The notes beneath the pieces were generated by a model. The model saw nothing but the letters and a program-made list of their open reading frames with translations, was not told the origin of the DNA and ran no database searches. 64,000 nucleotides of DNA from an uncultured delta proteobacterium (GTDB lineage: Bacteria > Desulfobacterota > Syntrophorhabdia > Syntrophorhabdales > WCHB1-27), in assembly GCA_963810935.1 (NCBI GenBank), contig CAWEPK010000008.1, positions 352,001-416,000 of the forward strand, read 5' to 3'. Positions 46,958-55,415 of this stretch are shown in pieces. Positions within the stretch are counted from its first letter, which is position 1. Every line of letters begins with the position of its first letter. Position numbers and translations under genes: made by a program.

Positions 46958-48805
46958 TCATTTCGCGCTGCCGAAGGCGATAGGGTTCGCCGGGTCGGCG
47001 CTCCACACATAGAAGCTGCCGTCAAAGTTTCTCATTTTCTGGAACCCCATGAGGTACGCCAGGAAGAAACCGCTCGTCGAGCGCCAGCCGGTCCCGCAAT
47101 AGAAAATCGGCTCCCTGTCGGGCGTGATCCCCAGCCTTGCCCACTTGTCCCGCAGCTCTGTATAGCTCCGGAAAGTATCATCCTTCGTATTCACCAGGGT
47201 GTCCCAGTCGCCCTGCGACACGGCGCCCGGAATGCGCCCTTTCCTGGTAAAGAAAGGGTACGGGTTGGTCTTTCCCTCGAATTCCTCAAGCTTGCGCACG
47301 TCGACAAGGACGGCGGACTTGTTCAGGCCGCCCGAGACCGAGCGCACATAGTCGGGCGTCGCATTAAACTCTGGATGCAGCGGGGTCTCCGCACCGAAGC
47401 TCTTGACCGGAACGGGGTCGGCGGAAGCCTTTGCGATAGGGTAGCCCGCGGCCGACCACGCAGCGAAACCGCCGTGCAGCACCCTGACGTCCTCGACGCC
47501 CGCATACATCAGCGCCCATGCGACGCGGGTCTCTATCATCGGCACGATCCTGCCGATGCCGTATACGACAACAGTGGTATCTTTCGTAATCCCCAGGTCG
47601 GCCAAGGCAGACAATAGCCGTGCGCCCGGCAGGACCTTCGCATCGTCCGGGCCGGTGTAATCGGGATAGTATTTCGAGACGTCTTTCCCGTTCTCTACAT
47701 AGCTAGGATGGATCGACACGGCGCCGGGTATGAAGCCGCTCTCTTTCGATGAAGCCAGCCCGGAGATCGTGAAGCCCATGTAACGGACCTCGAGGATCAC
47801 ATATTTCTTGCCTGTATAGGTGGCAGGGTTCTTATTGTCGATCAGGTCCTTCACCCACGCCGGATATACGAGCTTCTCGTACCTGGCGAGCTTCTCCATG
47901 GGGAGCGAGACGTCCCGGGACCACTCGCGCATCGCGCCGTCATAGCTCGCGCAGCGAGGATATCCCATAAGTCGCAAGATAAAATAGACATTGGCGCTGC
48001 GGACGCCGCCGGCGCAGTAAGCCGCGACTTCCTTGTCGGGTGTGATGCCGCGCGACTCGAGGAGCTCTCTTATCTCCTTATACGGCAGGACGGTTCTGTC
48101 GCGGTTGTAAAAATAGAGGTAATTGATGTTGACCGCCGAAGGGATATGGCCGCCTCGCGGCTCGCCGTAAAGCTGCCAGCCGTTGAACTCCTCGGGGGTC
48201 CGCACGTCGATGAGCGCAAAGCCCTTGTCGTTCAATTTGGCCGCGATTTGCGGGGCCTGGATGGCGACGCGGTCGTTCGGGGCCGCCGTGAACCTCCCGG
48301 CCGGCGGCCTCGCGACGGCCTCTGTCTGCTTCGATCCTCCATCCGCAAGCCATTTCGGAAAACCTCCATCAAGGACATGCACATCGGCACAGCCGAGGTA
48401 CTCGAAGAGCCAGAAGAGCCACCCGGCCGTCCCGGAGGACTGGGCCGGGTCGTCGTAGATCACGAATTTCATATCCCTGCGGAGGCCGGCGGAGGTCAGT
48501 ATCTCCTCCAGCTCCCCGACGCTCCGTATCCTGTTACCCTCTCGCAGCCGGTCCCGCACCAGATTCACGGCGCCCGGGATATGAGACGCCTCGTAGCCGC
48601 TTGCCCGCGCGTCGATGACGACAAGGTCCTTCGACTCCAGATTTTGCTGGAGCCACCACGTTGAGACAAGCAAGCCCCCGTTGGGATAATCGCCGGCAGC
48701 AGAAGGTGCGGCCGGGCCTGCGTCTGTTGCCGCATACGCGGCTGCCGCGAGAACAAACGTCAACAGCAGCGCGATCGTAAGACCTGTGCAGTGCTTCACT
48801 TTCAT
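46958..48805 (-). CDS. Exported multi-domain rhodanese/sulfurtransferase (YnjE-like, four domains)
   Basis: Signal peptide; HIPGA and GHIPSA motifs; active loops YCAGGVRS and YCGTGWRS; YDG...EWS and FDGS...WS signatures. Confidence 0.92.
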   Translation of the reverse strand: MKVKHCTGLTIALLLTFVLAAAAYAATDAGPAAPSAAGDYPNGGLLVSTWWLQQNLESKDLVVIDARASGYEASHIPGAVNLVRDRLREGNRIRSVGELEEILTSAGLRRDMKFVIYDDPAQSSGTAGWLFWLFEYLGCADVHVLDGGFPKWLADGGSKQTEAVARPPAGRFTAAPNDRVAIQAPQIAAKLNDKGFALIDVRTPEEFNGWQLYGEPRGGHIPSAVNINYLYFYNRDRTVLPYKEIRELLESRGITPDKEVAAYCAGGVRSANVYFILRLMGYPRCASYDGAMREWSRDVSLPMEKLARYEKLVYPAWVKDLIDNKNPATYTGKKYVILEVRYMGFTISGLASSKESGFIPGAVSIHPSYVENGKDVSKYYPDYTGPDDAKVLPGARLLSALADLGITKDTTVVVYGIGRIVPMIETRVAWALMYAGVEDVRVLHGGFAAWSAAGYPIAKASADPVPVKSFGAETPLHPEFNATPDYVRSVSGGLNKSAVLVDVRKLEEFEGKTNPYPFFTRKGRIPGAVSQGDWDTLVNTKDDTFRSYTELRDKWARLGITPDREPIFYCGTGWRSTSGFFLAYLMGFQKMRNFDGSFYVWSADPANPIAFGSAK

Positions 48806-48875
48806 GGTAAATCCTCCTTGAGATAAGAAATCCGGCGCAGCATCATTCCGCGCCGTGACTCCTAAAGGAGGCGGA

Positions 48876-48983
48876 TCAAGGATTGGGGCGGGGAGGCTGC
48901 GAACACGGTGTTGAGCGGAAGCCGCACGGGCCCCCGTATGTTCCTCAGCCCGATGGAAACAACAAATCTGCTATTCGAATCAT
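48876..48983 (-). other. Leader ORF with in-frame UGA (candidate Sec) and SECIS-like hairpin
   Basis: MIRIADLLFPSG-UGA-GTYGGPCGFRSTPCSQPPRPNP*; SD-like AGAGGA; hairpin 48895-48950. Confidence 0.5.
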
Positions 48984-49235
48984 ATTCCTCTGGCCCTTTC
49001 TTGTGATACGTCATTACTAACAGAATCCCTTACCTCTGTCAAGCGGCGGTATAGGCGAAAAACCCCCAAGACTCCACGGCAAAAACTTTAACTTGGGTGT
49101 GAGGCACAGGCAGCGGAACACGCTGCCCCGGAGATGAGATTGCCCTGATCTTTGCCCTGCCCCCGGCCCGCCGTTTGACACCATAGGGCGCCCTGCGTAT
49201 AGTATGTTCGGACCGATGAAAACCAAGGAGACATT

Positions 49236-49889
49236 ATGGAGCTTTCGGAGATAATAAGAACGCGCAGGAGCATACGGGCATTCAGAAGCGAGCCTGTGCC
49301 GAGGAAGAAGATCGAGGAGTTGCTGAGCCTCGCTGTCCGGGCGCCTTCTGCTATAAACCTCCAGCCCTGGGAAATTACGGTAGTCATGAATGAGGAGCGG
49401 GAGAGGTTGAGCAAGAAGCTGCTAAAGTCGTACAGAGAGAAGAAAATCCAGTGCAGCCCCGGCAATGTCAAGCCGCTTGCGCAGGTATTTACCGCGCGCG
49501 GCGTCGCGTCCTTCGAGGGCATGAAGCCCTATCTCGACGAGGTGGGGTCCGATTTCAACACGTATATCAACGAGGGGAGCTGCAACTTTTACGGGGCGCC
49601 CGTGGCCGCCATTATCTGCATCGATAATGCCTTCTCGCAGGCCCGCCTGGTGGATATCGGGGCCCTGCTCGGCTATCTGGTGCTTGCCGCCCAGGATATG
49701 GGGCTTTCCACGTGCCCCATCGGGTTGATAACAGCCTATGAAGACGAGGTCAAAGACGCGCTCAACATCGCTGAGAACAAGGACGTGGTCATCGGGGTCG
49801 CCATCGGCTATCCCGATGAGTCGCACCCCGTAAACCGCTTCATATCGCCCAGGGACGGGATCGATGAACTGGTGCGGTGGATAGACTAA
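49236..49889 (+). CDS. Nitroreductase family protein
   Basis: RRSIRAF, APSAINLQPW, FYGAP, GLSTCPIG, IGYPD; upstream TTGACA-17-TATAGT. Confidence 0.93.
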   Translation: MELSEIIRTRRSIRAFRSEPVPRKKIEELLSLAVRAPSAINLQPWEITVVMNEERERLSKKLLKSYREKKIQCSPGNVKPLAQVFTARGVASFEGMKPYLDEVGSDFNTYINEGSCNFYGAPVAAIICIDNAFSQARLVDIGALLGYLVLAAQDMGLSTCPIGLITAYEDEVKDALNIAENKDVVIGVAIGYPDESHPVNRFISPRDGIDELVRWID

Positions 49890-49944
49890 AGCCGCTCGTC
49901 GCGCCCCGGCCGGCGGCCTGAAAGGCGCTTCTTTCCGGCTGTAT

Positions 49945-51429
49945 CTACTTCTTATCCTGCAGGTGCCTCTGCAAAAGCTCGCCGAAGCTGCCGAGGCCCG
50001 CCTGGCTGTCGTCGTCCGACTTGCCGCGCGAAGTGTTACTACGATACTTCTTGAAGTCGTCCTGCGCCTGCTTGTCGGAGACCGCGCCCCGGCTCAAGGA
50101 CACCTTCCCCGTCTGCTTGTCGGAGTTTATGACTACCACCTGCATCCGCGTTCCCGGCGGGAACATGCGGCTGTGGTTGGAGCCCTTGGGCGTACCCATC
50201 TCCGAATTGGGGATCAGTCCGCTTGCGCCGCTGTCGAGCTTCAGGAAAATCCCATAGGGCATCACGCGCTCGACTACGCCTTCGAGCACCTCTCCGACCT
50301 CCGGAAGGGGCACCTGCTCTTTCGGCTGCTCCAGCGTCAGCGATATCTTCTTGTTAGCCTGGTCTACGGCCAATACCTGCGGCTCAACCCACTGGCCCAC
50401 CTCGACGATCTCTTTGGGGTGGTTGACGTGCCTTCCGGCGCCCAAGTTCGAGATATGGATCAGGCCGTCTACGCCCGGCTCCAGGTTCACGAACGCGCCG
50501 AACGGGGCAAGCCGTACGATTACTCCCTTAACCTTGGATTCTACCGTGTACCTGTCGGTAACGCCCTCCCACGGGTCCGGCTGGAGCGCCTTGAGGCTTA
50601 AGGTCAGCCGGTTCTTATCCCAGTCGAGGCCGATGATCCTTACGGTGACCTCCTGACCGACGGAGAGCACGTCCGAAGGCTTCTCGGCCCTGTCCCAGCC
50701 GATCTCGCTAGCCGGGATGAGACCGTCAATGCCGCCCAGATCGACGAACGCGCCAAAGCCCTGGACCGACCGGACTGTACCGGTCAGCTCCATGCCCGTC
50801 GTAAGCGTTTCCTTGAAGGTCTGCAGGCGCGCCTGCCGTTCCTCTTCCAGGAGCGCGCGGCGGGAAATGACTACGTTCCGCCCGTCGTTCTCGAACTCGA
50901 TGACCTTGAAGGCAAATGTCTGGCCCACGTACTGGTCGGCGTCCCTGCTCACCCGCAGGTCCATCTGGGAGAAAGGACAAAAGCACCTGACGCCGCCTAC
51001 CGATACATCGTAGCCGCCCTTTACGGCCGCCCTTACCTTACCGGTAACGGGCATGCCCGCGTTAAAGGCGTCGCGGATGCCGGCCACGTCGAGCGTGGAA
51101 TAGCCGCGTATGCGGGTGGTAAGACGCTTCGTGCCGTTCTGCACTGACAGGAAAAAGGCGTCAACCTCATCCCCCGGCTGAACGACGCACGTTCCATCTT
51201 CCTTGGTGAACTCGGAGAGACTGATGACCCCTTCGCTCTTGCCGCCAAGGTCAACATAAACCATATCGCCCGAGATGCTTATCACGGTCGTCTTGATCTT
51301 CTGCCCCGGCTCCAGCCTGCCGGGCATTCTGCTCTCCTTTTCGAAGAGGGCAGCGAAGTCCTCCTCCGGTCTGGCGACCTCGTCTATAGGGTCGTCAATC
51401 ATTCCCGTTGCCACCGTTTCTTCCGACAT
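49945..51429 (-). CDS. rpsA: 30S ribosomal protein S1 family (probable second paralog)
   Basis: About five S1 repeats (FGAFV.L..G.DGL.). Confidence 0.85.
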   Translation of the reverse strand: MSEETVATGMIDDPIDEVARPEEDFAALFEKESRMPGRLEPGQKIKTTVISISGDMVYVDLGGKSEGVISLSEFTKEDGTCVVQPGDEVDAFFLSVQNGTKRLTTRIRGYSTLDVAGIRDAFNAGMPVTGKVRAAVKGGYDVSVGGVRCFCPFSQMDLRVSRDADQYVGQTFAFKVIEFENDGRNVVISRRALLEEERQARLQTFKETLTTGMELTGTVRSVQGFGAFVDLGGIDGLIPASEIGWDRAEKPSDVLSVGQEVTVRIIGLDWDKNRLTLSLKALQPDPWEGVTDRYTVESKVKGVIVRLAPFGAFVNLEPGVDGLIHISNLGAGRHVNHPKEIVEVGQWVEPQVLAVDQANKKISLTLEQPKEQVPLPEVGEVLEGVVERVMPYGIFLKLDSGASGLIPNSEMGTPKGSNHSRMFPPGTRMQVVVINSDKQTGKVSLSRGAVSDKQAQDDFKKYRSNTSRGKSDDDSQAGLGSFGELLQRHLQDKK

Positions 51430-51617
51430 ATCTTCTGTTCCTCGCTTTCGCTATGTTTTATTGATGTATTGTGGATTCGATCAGGCGAATAGTCTACTAC
51501 CTTACACGCAGCATGTCCATAGGTGCGGCACCCTATCTTCAATTCTTTTCATAAAGGCGACTTGCAGCCTGAAACTGCCTGCGCAGGCATTGTCGGACCC
51601 ACCACGGCCCGGCGCGC

Positions 51618-52008
51618 TCATTTGAGCGGCCATTCACCCCTTTCCTTAAGCACGTCCCTGAAGACCGTAAGGGCCTCGTTCACCTTCGGCATACCGCCGT
51701 AAGGGGCAAGCTGAAAGAAGACTTCGGCAAGCTTCCTGGGGTCGCAGCCCACGTTGAGAGCCGCATTGACGTGCAGCCGCAGCTCAGACGCCGCGCCCAA
51801 GGCAGCCAGCATCGCGCAGGCGGCCATCTGCCTCTCCGGCAGCGTAAGGACGCTCCTTGAATAAAGATTGCCCGTAATGAACATGGACAGGTCGTTCGCC
51901 AGGTCCCTGTCAAACTCCTTCCACGTCAGGTAAGGCGGGTCCATCTTGATCCCTTTGCCGAACAGCTTGTTTGCCGTCTCCTGCGTTCTCTTCCTGATCC
52001 TCGTCCAT
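51618..52008 (-). CDS. Carboxymuconolactone decarboxylase/AhpD-like protein, frameshifted near 52000
   Basis: LYSR..L...ERQM, L.LHV.AAL.VG, APYGG.P; SD GAAGGAG + ATG 52008 is out of frame with the body. Confidence 0.85.
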
Positions 52009-52145
52009 TCCGGCTCCTTCCATTAGTGTCGTGCACAGAGTTGTAGCATATGTATGCAGCCGGGTCAATTTCGCCGAGGGGGTATGTCCCTAGGGTGGGA
52101 TATTAAGACGTAAGTACTATTATGAGACTTTTAATAAGTTGTTGC

Positions 52146-53096
52146 TCATTTCTGCGTGTCCACCCTACGTGACGGTTCGCGCCGGGAAGCATCGCCGCTG
52201 ACGCGACACGCTTTTATAAGCTCTCTGAACCAGCGGTGTTCAGGGTCTGATTGGTAACGGGGATGCCAGGTGAGCGCAACACTGACGGGTGGCGTGGAAA
52301 GAGGTAGCTCCGATGACGATAGCCTAAAGTAGCCTTTCATTCGAGAAACAAAGACGTCAGGCGCGACAACAATGCACTCCATGTGAGATGCAACGACAAA
52401 TGCCTCCTGAAAGGTTGCAACGGTCCCCAGTACGGAACGTCTTCTTCCCATCTTCCTTAATTCCTCGTCGACGAGAACGAACGTCTTCCCCCTCCTGGAA
52501 ACAACAATATGCGGATAAGAGCAGAAAGCGTCGAGAGACATCCGCCCGGATTTGGGCCTAAGCTTTTTCATAAAAGCGGAGACGTAGCGAAAGGTGAAAA
52601 GCGTCTGGCTGATAAATTCCGGCCCAAGGTCTCCGGGCACTCCGATATCGCAATCGATCTTGCCATTCCTGAGCGACTCCTGGTCCTCGTCACCTTGGGC
52701 GAGGAAGACGAGTGCCGAAAAAGGGGCTTTTTGGGAAACAGCTTTCAGAAGGTTTTCCCCCATGAGGCTCCCGACATCGCCGCCTGTCCTTATCCGGAAA
52801 ACCCTTTTCATCGTTGCCGCATCGAAATCGACCTGTGGGGAGAGAATCGCGCGGCTCTCGTCAACGATCTTTTTGATGCGATCCTTCAAGTCGCGCCCGC
52901 GCTGGGTCAGGATTAAGTTCCTGCCGGAAGGAACCAAGACCTCGTCCTGAAGGGACCGGCGTATCTTGGCTAAAGAGCGGCTGATAGCCGAAGGCGTCAG
53001 ATTCAGTCTCTCCGCGGCGCGGGAAACACTCTCTTCCTTTAGGAGGATTTCCAGGACTTCGAGATGGCCCAAATCGAATCGTTGCATTATCATCAA
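52146..53096 (-). CDS. LysR-family regulator
   Basis: SVSRAAERLNLTPSAISRSL HTH, WHPR...DPEHRWFR. Confidence 0.93.
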   Translation of the reverse strand: MMIMQRFDLGHLEVLEILLKEESVSRAAERLNLTPSAISRSLAKIRRSLQDEVLVPSGRNLILTQRGRDLKDRIKKIVDESRAILSPQVDFDAATMKRVFRIRTGGDVGSLMGENLLKAVSQKAPFSALVFLAQGDEDQESLRNGKIDCDIGVPGDLGPEFISQTLFTFRYVSAFMKKLRPKSGRMSLDAFCSYPHIVVSRRGKTFVLVDEELRKMGRRRSVLGTVATFQEAFVVASHMECIVVAPDVFVSRMKGYFRLSSSELPLSTPPVSVALTWHPRYQSDPEHRWFRELIKACRVSGDASRREPSRRVDTQK

Positions 53097-53393
53097 TCCT
53101 TATTTACTATAATTGCAATTTTACCACAGATCGTAATAGGTTACACTACCAAAAGGCGGATCGCGTGAAATAGGGCCGGACGTTGAGTCCGGAAACTGCG
53201 CGTTCATTCACACCCTGTTTCTCGATATCCATCACGTCGGCGCTTGTCCTTACGAGGGCATCGCCCCGATCGAAGCACATGGCCCGACGCGGAGAGCGGT
53301 CACTGATGCGCGGAGGCCGGCCAAGCATAATACATAATGTCGGGGACAACCCATGCCAGGCTTACTAATGGTGAGACGATAGAAGGAGGAAAT

Positions 53394-54068
53394 ATGACGA
53401 ACCCCCACAAGGAAAATTGCACGTTACTGCTTCCCGCAGTGAAGGAAGTCCTCAACCGCCTGCATACATTAGCCGAGACCGGCGATGACAGGATCATTCA
53501 AGAGGTTCAAGAGAACAATCCTGACTGGAGGAACGCCGGCCCTGAAGAGCAAGCGAGGATGTTCCGCAGCATATTGATACCCGTTTCAAGGGAGAACGGA
53601 AGGTTCCTCTACAGCGTGGCCCGTTCTATCTCCGCGAAACGGATCGTCGAATTCGGCACGTCCTACGGCGTCTCCGCCATTTACCTTGCCGCAGCCCTGC
53701 GCGATAACGGCGGCGGATTGCTGGTCGGGACCGAGCTTGATGCCGGTAAGGTTGCCAAGGCTGCTCAACATGTTGCGGAAGCAGGGCTATCGCCGATGGT
53801 AGAGATCCGCGCCGGTGATGCTCTGCAGACGTTGAAGCATTTAAGCGGTAACATAGATCTGCTCTTCCTTGACGGGTGGAAAGGGCTGTACCTGGACGTG
53901 CTGCATCTCGTATCGGGCAGTCTGCATAAAGGTTCCCTAGTATTGGCCGACGATCTGGATATCGTCGAAGTCGCGCCATATCTGGACTATGTCCGTAATC
54001 CCGCGAACGGCTTCGTCTCGGTCATGCTCCCCCTTGACGAGGGCGTTGAGTATTCCGTGAAGCTTTAA
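53394..54068 (+). CDS. O-methyltransferase (COMT/YrrM-like)
   Basis: VEFGTSYGVS, GDALQTL, LFLDGWK, ADD; SD AAGGAGG. Confidence 0.92.
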   Translation: MTNPHKENCTLLLPAVKEVLNRLHTLAETGDDRIIQEVQENNPDWRNAGPEEQARMFRSILIPVSRENGRFLYSVARSISAKRIVEFGTSYGVSAIYLAAALRDNGGGLLVGTELDAGKVAKAAQHVAEAGLSPMVEIRAGDALQTLKHLSGNIDLLFLDGWKGLYLDVLHLVSGSLHKGSLVLADDLDIVEVAPYLDYVRNPANGFVSVMLPLDEGVEYSVKL

Positions 54069-54585
54069 AACAGGGAGGTAGAAGGGGATCGCATGTATAA
54101 CTCTTCCCGACTGCACGCGCCAAAATCCTGATTCGTTCACACGTTCCAAGGCCGGTACGGGCCCCGGAATCGACGCCCTTGATCCGCATCGGGCCGCGAC
54201 TCGTGTTTGCAAAAGTCAAAAACGAAGGACGCCGGACGAGGCGCGCAAGAGGCAAATATGACGTCTTAATATCCCGCTCTTGCCGCCGCCGCAGTTATCG
54301 GGACTCAGCGCCCCCTCCACCGGCAAAGCCGCGACCCTTCCCTCCTTACGTCGGGCGCGTGCCCCGGCCTTCCCCCTCAGACAGGTAAGGAATATGCTCT
54401 TTATTCCGTTAGCGGCGGCCGGCTGGGGCGGCCCTCGGCTCACGGTGAGCTAGAGTACGGGTATGAAAGACTCGATCTTAGGATGGAAGCGTGTTTTGGC
54501 GGGGGGGGGAGCGCCTGGACGAACACCCTGCCCCCCGCTACAACTTTCCGTTTGCCGCACGCCCCGACTCGGTTATACTATCAAT

Positions 54586-54909
54586 ATGGCCGGTACACGC
54601 GCGGATGAGACTGTCGGGATCGATTATCCCATCGACGGGTTTCTCGACCTGCACACGTTCAACCCGCGCGAGGTGAAAACCCTTATTGCCGATTATCTTG
54701 AGGCATGCCGCGAGCGGGGGATACTCCACGTGAGGATCGTCCACGGCAAGGGTACCGGGCAGTTGAGGGCTACCGTGCACGCGGTCTTACGCCGCCTGCC
54801 GGGAGTCGAGTGGTTCCGGCTCGCAGGCCCGGAGGCGGGCGCATACGGCGCAACAGAAGTAGGGCTTTCAGCCAAAAACCTTGTACGACAGGAGGACCAG
54901 GCTCCATGA
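54586..54909 (+). CDS. Stand-alone Smr domain protein
   Basis: LDLHTF, RIVHGKGTG.LR, GAT. Confidence 0.9.
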   Translation: MAGTRADETVGIDYPIDGFLDLHTFNPREVKTLIADYLEACRERGILHVRIVHGKGTGQLRATVHAVLRRLPGVEWFRLAGPEAGAYGATEVGLSAKNLVRQEDQAP

Positions 54910-55370
54910 AGATCTATTTCGCTCACCCGGCATTTACCGATCCACAAAAAGAATTCAAAGCGCGGTTTCTCGAATCCTTCCGCTTCGCGGTCGAGAAGAA
55001 ACACCTGGAGAAAGGAGCGCCCACACCCGAAGTCATCGACCCCTTCGAGTTTGCGCCCGACGTGGAAAGCGCAGGGGAACATAAGACGCGTTATTCCAAG
55101 GCCATTGCGTCCGTCTGCTGCCGCCTGATGGAGGATTGTTTCATTATAATAGCCGCAGCCGACGACGTCGATACGGGCGTCGCTTTCGAGCTGGGCTTCG
55201 GTTACGCGACGGACATACCGGCCATCCTTATATCGGAGACGGGGGCGGCCGACGAGGTCAACGCCATGCTCGGGGGCACGGCACAGGCCTCTATCACCAA
55301 CGTGCTTCACGGCGACCGAATGGCCGCGCTGGTCGATCTCGTTTACGGCTTTTGGGCGACACGGCCTTGA
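54906..55370 (+). CDS. Nucleoside 2-deoxyribosyltransferase-like protein
   Basis: KIYFA.P.F, D.GVAFELGFGYA, NAML; ATGA overlap with Smr. Confidence 0.8.
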   Translation: MKIYFAHPAFTDPQKEFKARFLESFRFAVEKKHLEKGAPTPEVIDPFEFAPDVESAGEHKTRYSKAIASVCCRLMEDCFIIIAAADDVDTGVAFELGFGYATDIPAILISETGAADEVNAMLGGTAQASITNVLHGDRMAALVDLVYGFWATRP

Positions 55371-55415
55371 ACGCGCAGTCGCACGCCGGCGGACGTACTA
55401 TTTAAAACGCATTTT

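Larger units (their letters stand above)
52092..54280. mobile_element. Non-autonomous cassette bounded by inverted repeats (LysR + O-methyltransferase cargo)
   Basis: AGGGTGGGATATTAAGACGT (52092-52111) vs reverse complement AGAGCGGGATATTAAGACGT (54261-54280), inner 15 bp perfect. Confidence 0.6.

Noticed and set aside
53321..53347. GCATAATACATAATGTCGG as a second dif-like site
   Set aside because: Spacer length and second arm do not fit the 11-6-11 layout.
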